Assembly (NCBI GenBank): GCA_036311065.1
Contig: JAXJQQ010000061.1
Coordinates: 711-64,710, forward strand
Length of the DNA: 64,000 nucleotides
Direction of reading: 5' to 3'
Source of the DNA: Acutalibacteraceae bacterium
GTDB taxonomy: Bacteria > Bacillota > Clostridia > Oscillospirales > Acutalibacteraceae
The notes beneath the pieces were generated by a model. That model was not told the DNA's origin and did no database searches. It saw only the letters and a list, made by a program, of their open reading frames with translations. A program made the position numbers and the translations under genes. Below are positions 35,972 through 45,228 of the stretch, piece after piece. The number at the start of each line of letters is the position of its first letter. The stretch's first letter is position 1.

Positions 35972-37715
35972 TTTCCTTGCCTCCCTTCTGCTGTGAATAA
36001 TAAACATCACGGTAAATTCCGTTATCTCTGAGAAGCTCTTCATGAGTGCCGAAGCCTGAGATTACACCGTCATCAAGCACAATGATTTTGTCTGCACCTT
36101 CAATTGAGGAGGTTCTTTGAGCTATAATAATTTTTGTGGTTTCAGGAATGTAATCCTTAAAGGCTTTTCTTATCATAGCGTCGGTTTTTGTATCTACCGC
36201 ACTGGTTGAGTCGTCAAGAATCAGAATCTTCGGCCTTTGCAGAAGGGAACGGGCAATACATATTCTCTGCTTCTGACCGCCTGAAACATTAGTGCCGCCC
36301 TGCTCAATATATGTATCATAGCCTTCGGGCATTTCTGTTATAAAGCCGTGAGCCTGAGCAGATTTGCAGGCTTCAATCATCTCTTCATCCGTTGCATCCT
36401 CCTTGCCCAAGCGGAGGTTATCCTTAACCGTACCGGAGAAAAGAACATTCTTCTGCAGTACCATGGCAACCTCAGAACGCAAGGATTCGATATCATATTC
36501 TCTTACGTCAATTCCGCCTACCTTAATTGAACCCGTTGTAACATCGTAAAGGCGGGGAATAAGCTGAACAAGTGAGGTTTTGGAGCTGCCCGTTGAGCCG
36601 ATAATTCCAACGGTTTCACCGCTTTTGATTTTTATATTCACATTTTTCAGGCAAAGCTTTTCTTCTGAGCCCGAATAGCTGAAGCCTACATTATTAAATT
36701 CAATGCTTCCGTCAGAAACTTCATAAACCGGATTTTCGGGATTATGCAGGGTGCTTTTTTCATTAAGCACCTCGCAAACTCTTTCGCCCGAGGCTCGTGA
36801 CATTGTGAGCATAACAAAAATCATTGAAAGCATCATAAGATTCATAAGAATCTGCATAGTGTAATTTATAAGCGAGAAAAGGTCGCCGGTTGTCATTTCT
36901 GTTGCCCCTGATTTTACAATAAGGTTAGCACCGAACCAGGCAATAAGTATCATACAAAGGTAAGAGCTGAACTGCATTACAGGGGAGTTGAAGGCAATAA
37001 TTCCTTCTGCTTTTTTTGTATCCCTGTATATTGTATCGGAAACCTGATTGAATTTATTCTTTTCCTCGTCTTCTCTTACAAAGGATTTTACAACTCTGAT
37101 GCCGTGGAGGTTTTCATTAACAACGCTGTTGAGTCTGTCAATTGTTTTGAATACCCTTTTGAAAATAGGGTGAGCCTTGGAAACAATAAAGCCGAGAGCA
37201 AGTGCAAGGGGAGGGATAACACAAACAAAAACCATTGCAATTTTACTGTTTATTGAAAGTGCCATACCAAGTGAAAAAAGGAGCATAGCAGGTGAACGTA
37301 CAGCAATACGGATTATCATCTGATAGGAGTTCTGCAGATTTGTAACGTCGGTGGTAAGCCTTGTAACAAGGCCGGAGGTTGAGAATTTATCAAGGTTTGC
37401 AAAGGAAAAATTCTGTATGTTATAAAACATATCGTGTCTGAGGTTTTTTGCAAAGCCTGATGATGCCTTGGCTGCAAAAACACCGCCTAAAATACCTGCT
37501 GCAAGACCGAAAGAACACAGAACAACAAGAATAAGACCGATTTTAACAACATATGCCGTATCGGTTTTGTAAATACCGTTATCAACAAGCTTACCTATAA
37601 GCATAGGGATAAGAACTTCCATTATAACCTCAAGGGACATAAATAAGGGCGTAAGCAGTGTAGGCAGCTTGTATTCCCTTATGCTTTTACTCAGTCGTTT
37701 TATCATTTGCTTCAT
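35964..37715 (-). CDS. ABC exporter ATP-binding/permease subunit (paralog of 30478..32289)
   Basis: NBD motifs GSTGSSKTS, VSGGQKQR, LILDDSTS. It overlaps the 3' end of the MarR gene. Confidence 0.88.
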   Translation of the reverse strand: MKQMIKRLSKSIREYKLPTLLTPLFMSLEVIMEVLIPMLIGKLVDNGIYKTDTAYVVKIGLILVVLCSFGLAAGILGGVFAAKASSGFAKNLRHDMFYNIQNFSFANLDKFSTSGLVTRLTTDVTNLQNSYQMIIRIAVRSPAMLLFSLGMALSINSKIAMVFVCVIPPLALALGFIVSKAHPIFKRVFKTIDRLNSVVNENLHGIRVVKSFVREDEEKNKFNQVSDTIYRDTKKAEGIIAFNSPVMQFSSYLCMILIAWFGANLIVKSGATEMTTGDLFSLINYTMQILMNLMMLSMIFVMLTMSRASGERVCEVLNEKSTLHNPENPVYEVSDGSIEFNNVGFSYSGSEEKLCLKNVNIKIKSGETVGIIGSTGSSKTSLVQLIPRLYDVTTGSIKVGGIDVREYDIESLRSEVAMVLQKNVLFSGTVKDNLRLGKEDATDEEMIEACKSAQAHGFITEMPEGYDTYIEQGGTNVSGGQKQRICIARSLLQRPKILILDDSTSAVDTKTDAMIRKAFKDYIPETTKIIIAQRTSSIEGADKIIVLDDGVISGFGTHEELLRDNGIYRDVYYSQQKGGKENE

Positions 37716-38151
37716 CGTTCCTTTCTATATTTGAGTTGATTTTATCAAGTACTCTGAAGAAAATCTCAAGCTCTTTGTCGCTGATGCCTTGCTTCATTGT
37801 GTTTTCAAAACGGTCAAAGGCTTCGGTTACAACACTGTGCACCTCAAGGGCTTTATGAGTCAGAATAATTTTTTTCAGTCTGGCATCGTAAGGGACACCT
37901 TCTCTTTTTATCAGGTCGTTTTTTTCCATAAGCGAGAGAATGGCACTTGCCGTTGAACGGCGGATATTGAATTCCTGCTCAAAATCCTTCTGAAAAATAT
38001 CGCGGTGTCGGTTGTTAGCAAAATAGCCTACCGCCCAGCCGTGAGTGCCCGTCATTTTGTCAACATAGCTTTTGGTGGCGTCTGAATCCATATACCTTTT
38101 GATAAGTCTTGAGGTTTTATGAATTTCAAAGCCGAGTTTTTTGTTTTCCAT
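37687..38151 (-). CDS. MarR family transcriptional regulator
   Basis: ORF 37687..38160. ATG at 38151 (MENKKLGFE) follows a GGAGGTG SD. Winged-helix MarR pattern. It is the first gene of the ABC pair operon. Confidence 0.85.
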   Translation of the reverse strand: MENKKLGFEIHKTSRLIKRYMDSDATKSYVDKMTGTHGWAVGYFANNRHRDIFQKDFEQEFNIRRSTASAILSLMEKNDLIKREGVPYDARLKKIILTHKALEVHSVVTEAFDRFENTMKQGISDKELEIFFRVLDKINSNIERNDEANDKTTE

Positions 38152-38176
38152 CCGGTACACCTCCGTTGTAAGAAAG

Positions 38177-38187
38177 CTAACTGTTAG
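38177..38187. promoter_or_regulatory. palindrome CTAACTGTTAG, candidate MarR operator
   Basis: Perfect 11-nt palindrome 26 nt upstream of the 38151 MarR start. Confidence 0.4.
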
Positions 38188-38266
38188 GTTGCGAACTATT
38201 TATATTTTATTGCAGAACCTTTTGCTTGTCAATACAGCTCCTTCATTTTTGCAAGGAGAAATAATA

Positions 38267-38279
38267 TTAATACTGTTAA
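38267..38279. promoter_or_regulatory. near-palindrome TTAATACTGTTAA, candidate MarR operator
   Basis: Shares the ACTGTTAA half-site with the 38177 and 38457 sites. Confidence 0.3.
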
Positions 38280-38456
38280 GTAATTTTAAGTTAATTTTAT
38301 GTTTATTGACCTATTATATAAATTCGTGTTGGTATAATTGTGCTTTTTTGCCTGAAAATGAGATGTTTTGTACAATTATGACAATGATTTTTTGGATATT
38401 TTCATAATTTTTAATTGTTTAGTTATTGAATTGATGAATAATATGTGTTATATTAC

Positions 38457-38469
38457 TTAACACTGTTAA
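38457..38469. promoter_or_regulatory. palindrome TTAACACTGTTAA, candidate MarR operator
   Basis: Perfect 6-1-6 palindrome about 40 nt upstream of the 38511 MarR start. Confidence 0.4.
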
Positions 38470-38510
38470 ATAATGGATTGTGATACACTGTTTTTGGAGG
38501 TAAGGTATAT

Positions 38511-38939
38511 ATGAACAGCGATATTCTTGCCGCAGAAATGCTTAAAACCTTTGAAGATATAAATATTGAAAACATACTGAACCGGCTTAAGCTTTCTTTA
38601 AAAGGTGAAAATGCTATTATCATGCTTCTTAATGATTACGGAGGAATGGCAACGCCCGGTAAGCTTTCGGAAAGAACGGACTTCACTGCTGCAAGGCTTT
38701 CTGCAATAATAAAATCCCTTGAAAGTAAGGGTATAGTTGAAAGACGTCAGAACACCGAGGATAAAAGAAGCTCCTATGTAGCTCTTACTGCTGACGGATA
38801 TGAGATTTATATGCGCCTGAGGGCGGAAATAATAAGCAATGCTCTGACTATAATAGAACAGCTGGGTGAAGAGGATGTAAACGAGTTTCTCAGAATTGCA
38901 AAAAGGCTCGTTAATATCGTAAATACCCACATAGAATGA
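38511..38939 (+). CDS. MarR family transcriptional regulator
   Basis: GGAGG SD. Winged-helix region (LSERTDFTAARLSAIIKSLESKGIVERRQNTEDKRSSYVALT). Confidence 0.88.
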   Translation: MNSDILAAEMLKTFEDINIENILNRLKLSLKGENAIIMLLNDYGGMATPGKLSERTDFTAARLSAIIKSLESKGIVERRQNTEDKRSSYVALTADGYEIYMRLRAEIISNALTIIEQLGEEDVNEFLRIAKRLVNIVNTHIE

Positions 38940-38940
38940 G

Positions 38941-41580
38941 GTGATTAAACTGAAACTTTTCAAAAAAACAGAAAAGCTTCTGAGTATTTTTCTTGTAGCT
39001 CTTATAATGTGTCTTACGGTGGCTCCTGTGTCTCAGGCGGTTACATATCCTCAGGGAGTGACGGCTGAAAAGGCAGAAAATGCCATAGTCAAAACTGATG
39101 CACTTATAAATGCAATGCTCAGACAGACACAGAACACAACTCTTAAGCAGTTACTTATGCCTCAGATCTGCTCCGACAGTACACTTTCAATGCTGACGGT
39201 GGAGGTATATAAGATGATGGAAGAGAACGGCGAAACTCTTTCAAAGCTTGGGCTTGACACAACACCTGCTGCGGTTTCGGCATATCTTGTGAATTATCCT
39301 TCTGTTTCGCAGACTCTTGCTGCTGCCACCTCTTGGACTCAGGTTAATCTTGATTCTGCCGTGTGGGGTGTTAAAACCAAGGAGCAGATGGCAGATGCCG
39401 CTGCGGCAATTTTCGGACCTATGAATGAGCTTTTATATACCATTCTTTGCGGAGGCAAGTACAGCCTTAATGTTCTTATCGGTATTGAAGGTGACTTCGG
39501 TTATCAGAATGCAATTGTGCCAATGCTCACTAATTTCGGCTGTACCAACTACACTGCACCCGAAACCTTTTATGCCGATGCGGCAGCTGACCGTTATTCA
39601 ATGGTAAGGCACATTGTCCTTGACCTTATGAGCTTTTTGGAAGGTGTGCTTGATGCACCCTGCGCAAAGCTTACGGAGCTTCTTCCCGGTATTGCTTACT
39701 TTATAAATAACGGCGGAATGGATAACGCAATCCAGAGCCTTATAAATCCCCTTAAGGTGCAGGTTCTTAATATTTCTATTCTTGATGTTCAGTCCCTTCT
39801 TGAATCTCAGCAGGAGGGCGAAGGCGGACTTGCTCTTGATATTAACCTTGGCAGTATGCTCAGCGTTTCCGATTTCAAAATGGCTGAGCTTGACCTTAAT
39901 GAGCTTGCTTCCTGCGGTACGGTTTCAGGTGACAAGGTGATTGCTGATAAGGGCGCTGCCTTTGTTGTAGTTCTCAGGTGGCTGCTTGAAACGCTTAAGC
40001 TTAATCAGTCAGTGCTGCCTTCAATGCTTGGCGAAAAGCCGAGTGAAGAGCTCGTTTCCATACTTAACTCTCTGCTTTCAAAATCGGCAGATGAGCTTAT
40101 AACCGTTATAATCGACCTTTTCAATCAGACTTCCGCTGTTGTTAATGATTATATGTGGACCTTCAATGAAAATCCTCAGACTCCCGTAACTTATACGGCA
40201 AATCTGGGTCAGGAAAAGTATCAGCGTGTGCTTGACGGTATTGACGGCCTTATAAATGAATTTATAGCCGAATCGGGTGAGCACAAAACTGTAAGGGATG
40301 CACTTGCCCCTGAGATATACTCAAATAAGCTTGTTACAGAGCTTACGGTTTCTGTTTATTCAATGCTTACCGGTGACGATATGAAGCAGCTTACAGAGCT
40401 TTTAGGCCTTTCATTCTCACCCTCTGCCGTAGCTTCTGAGCTTACAGAAAAGAAGTTTGCTTCCGCAAGATCACAGCTCAGCAGGTATTACAGCTGGTCC
40501 GTAGTTAATAAGGAAAGCATAAGCTGGGGCTTTAAAAATGGCGACAGAGATGGATTTGTTGATGCGGTTTCCGCTGTGTTCAGACCCTTTGATGAGATTT
40601 TAAGAATGATGCTTGTCGGCGGAAAAATCAGCCTTTTCGGTGCTGTTGACCTTTACGGCAGCGACGGCTACAACACGGCAATTATCCCTGTTCTTGAAGC
40701 CTTCGGCGTTTACGGGGACAGCATCCCCACTCTTTATGAGTATAATGAGGCAATCAGGAATGAGGATGCACTGAAGCCTGTTGTGCGCTCAGTCACATCC
40801 CTTATTGAAAGAGTTCTTGATAAGCCCGTTTACACAATTACGGAAATTCTTCCCAACCTTCTTTATTTTGTGAATAATAAGGGCATCGAAATTGTTCTTG
40901 ATAATCTTCTTCATCCCGTAATGACTCTTATGGAAAGATTAGGTCTTTCGCAGCTTCTTGACCTTTCAAAGCTTACTGCAGAGCTTGATATCAATGCTCT
41001 TATGAAGGAAATGATGGCGGGTATGAATCTGGGAATGACCCTTCCCGACCTTGATCTTAATCAGTTCCAGGGTATGGGTACACTTACAAGTGTTCCTTCA
41101 AAAAGAACGCAGCAGGGCAACAACATTATGGTTTATGCCGTGGATTCAGACCAGACCGCAGTTCTTATCACAATTCTCAGATATTTTGTAGGTGTTATGA
41201 AGGCTCCGGGTAATGAAGATCTTATGACATCCTTTATGGGCAGCGGCTCCTCGGAAAACGATATGTTTGCAACTTATTCCGGCGGTATCACCGATCAGCT
41301 TGCTTCAATGACAACGGATGAAACCGTTGAATGGCTTTATAAGCTTTTCTTCAGAGAAAGAGCTGTTGTTGAAGAGAAAAATGATGATTATCTTCCTACA
41401 ATTATATATGTAAAAGAAAGGGAAATCCCCTGGGGCAATATATTGTCCGTGCTTCTTTTCACGGTTGTAACCGGTCTTTTCTTCGGCCTTGCCAACCGTG
41501 ACAGAATAAAGATTTTCCTTGATGAACAAAAAGAGAAAAAACAACTTAAGGCTCATTCAGCCCAACAACAGGAGGTGTAA
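38941..41580 (+). CDS. large secreted, C-terminally membrane-anchored protein of unknown function with an internal two-fold duplication
   Basis: Signal peptide (KKTEKLLSIFLVALIMCLTVAPVSQA) and a C-terminal TM helix (ILSVLLFTVVTGLFFGLA). There are two homologous ~390-aa modules. The exact start (GTG 38941) is uncertain. Confidence 0.8.
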   Translation: MIKLKLFKKTEKLLSIFLVALIMCLTVAPVSQAVTYPQGVTAEKAENAIVKTDALINAMLRQTQNTTLKQLLMPQICSDSTLSMLTVEVYKMMEENGETLSKLGLDTTPAAVSAYLVNYPSVSQTLAAATSWTQVNLDSAVWGVKTKEQMADAAAAIFGPMNELLYTILCGGKYSLNVLIGIEGDFGYQNAIVPMLTNFGCTNYTAPETFYADAAADRYSMVRHIVLDLMSFLEGVLDAPCAKLTELLPGIAYFINNGGMDNAIQSLINPLKVQVLNISILDVQSLLESQQEGEGGLALDINLGSMLSVSDFKMAELDLNELASCGTVSGDKVIADKGAAFVVVLRWLLETLKLNQSVLPSMLGEKPSEELVSILNSLLSKSADELITVIIDLFNQTSAVVNDYMWTFNENPQTPVTYTANLGQEKYQRVLDGIDGLINEFIAESGEHKTVRDALAPEIYSNKLVTELTVSVYSMLTGDDMKQLTELLGLSFSPSAVASELTEKKFASARSQLSRYYSWSVVNKESISWGFKNGDRDGFVDAVSAVFRPFDEILRMMLVGGKISLFGAVDLYGSDGYNTAIIPVLEAFGVYGDSIPTLYEYNEAIRNEDALKPVVRSVTSLIERVLDKPVYTITEILPNLLYFVNNKGIEIVLDNLLHPVMTLMERLGLSQLLDLSKLTAELDINALMKEMMAGMNLGMTLPDLDLNQFQGMGTLTSVPSKRTQQGNNIMVYAVDSDQTAVLITILRYFVGVMKAPGNEDLMTSFMGSGSSENDMFATYSGGITDQLASMTTDETVEWLYKLFFRERAVVEEKNDDYLPTIIYVKEREIPWGNILSVLLFTVVTGLFFGLANRDRIKIFLDEQKEKKQLKAHSAQQQEV

Positions 41581-41583
41581 GCT

Positions 41584-44319
41584 ATGCTGATACTTAAAAA
41601 TATTGTTAAAGATTATGTGACGGGTGATACTACCGTCAGAGCGATGGACAACATCAGCATAAATTTCAGAGAGAATGAGTTTGTTTCAATCCTCGGTCCT
41701 TCAGGCTGCGGTAAAACAACAATGCTCAATATTATCGGCGGCCTTGATAAATACACAAGCGGTGACCTTATAATCAACGGTAAAAGTACGTCTGCTTTTA
41801 CTGATGAAAACTGGGATACCTACAGAAACCATTCAATAGGTTTCATTTTTCAGAGCTATAACCTTATTCCCCATCAGACAGTGCTTTCCAATGTTGAGCT
41901 TGCACTGACTCTTTCAGGCGTTTCCAAAAAGGAAAGAAGAGAAAGAGCAATTGAAGCACTTAAGCAGGTAGGTCTTGAGGATCACATCAACAAAAAGCCA
42001 AACCAGATGTCAGGCGGTCAGGTGCAGCGAGTTGCAATTGCCCGTGCTCTTATCAATAATCCGGATATTCTTCTTGCTGACGAGCCCACAGGTGCTCTTG
42101 ACAGTGAAACAAGCGTTCAGATTATGGAGCTTTTAAAGGAAATTTCCAAGGATAAGCTCATTATTATGGTTACACATAACCCTGACCTTGCTTATGAATA
42201 TTCAAACAGAATCATCAAGTTCAAGGACGGCAGAATGACTGATGACTCTTATCCCTTCAACCCCGAAGCGGTTGATTTTATGAATGAAAAAGCAAAGGCT
42301 GAGGAAGAAAAAGCAAAGGGCAGAAAGCCTTCCATGAGCTTCAAAACTGCCTTTGGTCTTTCCCTTCGTAATCTTGCCACCAAAAAAGGCAGAACAATCC
42401 TTACTGCCTTTGCGGGCTCAATAGGTATTATCGGTATTGCTCTTGTTCTTGCCCTTTCAACAGGTATTCAGAACTATGTTGATAAGGTGCAGAACGATAC
42501 CCTTCTTGCTTTTCCGATGTCTGTTGAAAAGGAATCTGTTGATGTTAACAGCATGATGACATCTGTAACCGGTATGATGCCTACTGGTGAGGTTGACCAC
42601 GATCTTGAAAATATCCATGTAAATGAAATGTTTACTGAGCTTGTGAACACCTTTATTGCTCAGTCATCTTCAAACAATCTCCGCTCCTTCAGAAAGTACA
42701 TTGAGGATAACAAGGATACCTTCAATGAGCTTTGTAACGACGTTCAGTATAAGTATTCAACTCCGCTCAACATCTACCGTGCAGATACTGAAAACGGTGT
42801 TGTTCAGGTTAACCCCAGCACACTTATGGATACCTTCTCAGGAAACGAAATGATGGCTACAATGGAGGGCTTTATGGGCTCTACCTTCAGCGTATGGATG
42901 GAGCTTATAGGCGGTAAAGAGGTTATCGGAAATCAGTATGACATAATTTACGGCAGATTGCCTGAAAATAAAAACGAGGTTGTTCTTATTGTTGACGGCA
43001 ACAATGAAATCAACGAGCTTGTGCTTTATGCTCTCGGTCTTAAGGATCAGAGCGAGTTTTCCGCAAACCTTATGTCTGCTCTTACCGGCGGTGAGCAGTT
43101 TGAAACAACAGAAGCAGTTTATTCATATCAGGATATCTGCAATATGAAATTCAAGCTTGTTCTTAATCACGAATATATGGTAAAGGATAAGAAAACAGGC
43201 CTCTGGTCTGACAGAAGAAACAACTTAGCCTATGTAAAATCACTTGTTGACGACGGTATGGATATCAACATTGTAGGTATTATCCGTCCCGGTGAGGATA
43301 ATGTTCTTTCCGTAGGTATGGGCGGTATCGGTTATATGACAGAGCTTATGGATTACGCCCTGAGTGAAACAGAAAAATCAGAGGTTGTTCAGCAGCAACT
43401 TAAGGACCCCAAGACTGATGTTATTACAGGTCTTAAGTTCTTTGATCTTACCGTTAATGATTTTGACCTTGCAGATATTGATATGAAGGAAATTGATATG
43501 AACTTCCTTGATATCTCTCCCTTTATGAGTATGGCAACGGATATCGATCTTTCTCAGATTGATATTACGGATATGTCCTCTATTTTCAACTTCGGTGATA
43601 TGACAGACCTTCAGAAAAAGCTTATGGAGGGCTATCTTGACGACGAGCAGGTAATTGCTCTCAAGCAGGCATATATTGACACAATCAAATCCAAGGCTTC
43701 CTATGAAAAGACAATGGAAACTCTCGGCTATCAGCCTGCAGATACACCCACATCAATTTATTTCTATCCCAAGAGCTTTGAAGCCAAGGACAAGCTTAAC
43801 GAAATGATTGAATATTATAATGAGCAGGTAAGGGCTGACGGTCACCCCGAATATGAAATTGCTCCCACCGATGCTATCGGTGCACTGCTTTCCTCTGTTA
43901 CCAAGATTATTGATATTGTGACCTATGTGCTTGTTGTCTTTGTTGCAATATCCCTTGTTGTTTCATCCATTATGATTGGTATTATCACCTATATTTCCGT
44001 TCTTGAAAGAACAAAGGAAATCGGTATTCTCCGTTCAATAGGTGCTTCCAAGGGCGACGTTTCAAGAGTGTTCAATGCAGAAACGATTACAATCGGTCTT
44101 GCGGCGGGTATAATCGGTATTATAAGTACCCTGATTCTTGAAATACCCATTAACTTGCTTCTTGACTATCTTACCCATACAGGTGCTGCAGCTCAGCTTC
44201 CCTTTAAATCCGCAATTATTCTTATCGGCATAAGCGTGTTCCTTACCTTTATTGCAGGTCTTGTTCCCTCATCACTTGCAGCAAAGAAGGATCCTGTTGA
44301 AGCACTCAGAACAGACTGA
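41584..44319 (+). CDS. fused MacB-type ABC transporter (ATPase + FtsX-family permease, 911 aa)
   Basis: AGGAGG SD. The N-terminal NBD has GPSGCGKTT, MSGGQVQRVAIARAL and LLADEPTGALD. A TM helix is followed by a ~460-aa extracytoplasmic region, then an FtsX-type C-terminal bundle (ERTKEIGILRSIGASKGDV). Confidence 0.9.
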   Translation: MLILKNIVKDYVTGDTTVRAMDNISINFRENEFVSILGPSGCGKTTMLNIIGGLDKYTSGDLIINGKSTSAFTDENWDTYRNHSIGFIFQSYNLIPHQTVLSNVELALTLSGVSKKERRERAIEALKQVGLEDHINKKPNQMSGGQVQRVAIARALINNPDILLADEPTGALDSETSVQIMELLKEISKDKLIIMVTHNPDLAYEYSNRIIKFKDGRMTDDSYPFNPEAVDFMNEKAKAEEEKAKGRKPSMSFKTAFGLSLRNLATKKGRTILTAFAGSIGIIGIALVLALSTGIQNYVDKVQNDTLLAFPMSVEKESVDVNSMMTSVTGMMPTGEVDHDLENIHVNEMFTELVNTFIAQSSSNNLRSFRKYIEDNKDTFNELCNDVQYKYSTPLNIYRADTENGVVQVNPSTLMDTFSGNEMMATMEGFMGSTFSVWMELIGGKEVIGNQYDIIYGRLPENKNEVVLIVDGNNEINELVLYALGLKDQSEFSANLMSALTGGEQFETTEAVYSYQDICNMKFKLVLNHEYMVKDKKTGLWSDRRNNLAYVKSLVDDGMDINIVGIIRPGEDNVLSVGMGGIGYMTELMDYALSETEKSEVVQQQLKDPKTDVITGLKFFDLTVNDFDLADIDMKEIDMNFLDISPFMSMATDIDLSQIDITDMSSIFNFGDMTDLQKKLMEGYLDDEQVIALKQAYIDTIKSKASYEKTMETLGYQPADTPTSIYFYPKSFEAKDKLNEMIEYYNEQVRADGHPEYEIAPTDAIGALLSSVTKIIDIVTYVLVVFVAISLVVSSIMIGIITYISVLERTKEIGILRSIGASKGDVSRVFNAETITIGLAAGIIGIISTLILEIPINLLLDYLTHTGAAAQLPFKSAIILIGISVFLTFIAGLVPSSLAAKKDPVEALRTD

Positions 44320-44465
44320 TAAGCTGTCACCTTAAATTTAAAAGTAAAATAAAAATGCAGGCTTTTCAAACATACCGGAAAGTCTGCATTTTTTTGTTTT
44401 CAATTCAAAAGAAAAAATCTGCCTATTTTTTTAAAAATCAGCATATTTATCAAAGGGTGATTTTT

Positions 44466-45206
44466 ATGTTTGCAGTTGTCAGATTCACTCAGAAGGAACG
44501 GTCATTGAAGAGTGTTTTTGCAAAGCTTAAAGTTAAAAGCGAATCCGTGGAGCTTCCTTCGGGCGGTTACTTTTTTATTATTACCGCTGAAAAAAGAAAA
44601 AACAGAATACCTCTGGATAAAATAATCAGTGTTGCGGGAAATCTCAGAAACAGTCTTGTTTTTCCTTCTGATTTTGATTTTACGGGAAAGGAAAATCTTA
44701 TATATAAGCCTCAAGGACTTGAAGAAAAGCTGCTTTTTCACTTTGCGGAAAAAAATATCCGACTTATGAAGCTGAAGCCATCCGAGTGCTCTGTATGCAT
44801 AAATGACAGCTCAGGTACTTATGTGAAGGACATTAAAAGACTCTTACCCTTTGCGGCAAAAATATATGTTGTTTGTTCCGATAAAGGTCTTTATGAAAAT
44901 GAAGTAAAACGGATTTTTTATGAATACGGCTGTTCTGTTATACTTTGGGAAGCCTTTGAGCCTGTTTTACGGAATTGCGATGTAATTATTTCATATAAAA
45001 GCGATGAGGTGCCCCTTTTTTACGGAAAGCTTATTTTTACGGAAAATGTATTTTCATCCGTAAGTATTAAGCTTCCCGAAGAATATGAAGCACTCTGTCC
45101 CGAGGGGATTGACAAAGGAATTTTTGCATCGGCACTTTATGAAAAATGTAATGTGCCTGCCGAAATCTTTCTTCTTGACAATACAACCGGTAAAGATATA
45201 TACTAA
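44466..45206 (+). CDS. hypothetical protein
   Basis: ORF 44355..45206. The ATG at 44466 (MFAVVRFTQKE) follows an AAGGGTGA SD. No recognisable motif. Confidence 0.6.
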   Translation: MFAVVRFTQKERSLKSVFAKLKVKSESVELPSGGYFFIITAEKRKNRIPLDKIISVAGNLRNSLVFPSDFDFTGKENLIYKPQGLEEKLLFHFAEKNIRLMKLKPSECSVCINDSSGTYVKDIKRLLPFAAKIYVVCSDKGLYENEVKRIFYEYGCSVILWEAFEPVLRNCDVIISYKSDEVPLFYGKLIFTENVFSSVSIKLPEEYEALCPEGIDKGIFASALYEKCNVPAEIFLLDNTTGKDIY

Positions 45207-45228
45207 GCGGAGAAAAGAAGGTGAAAGA

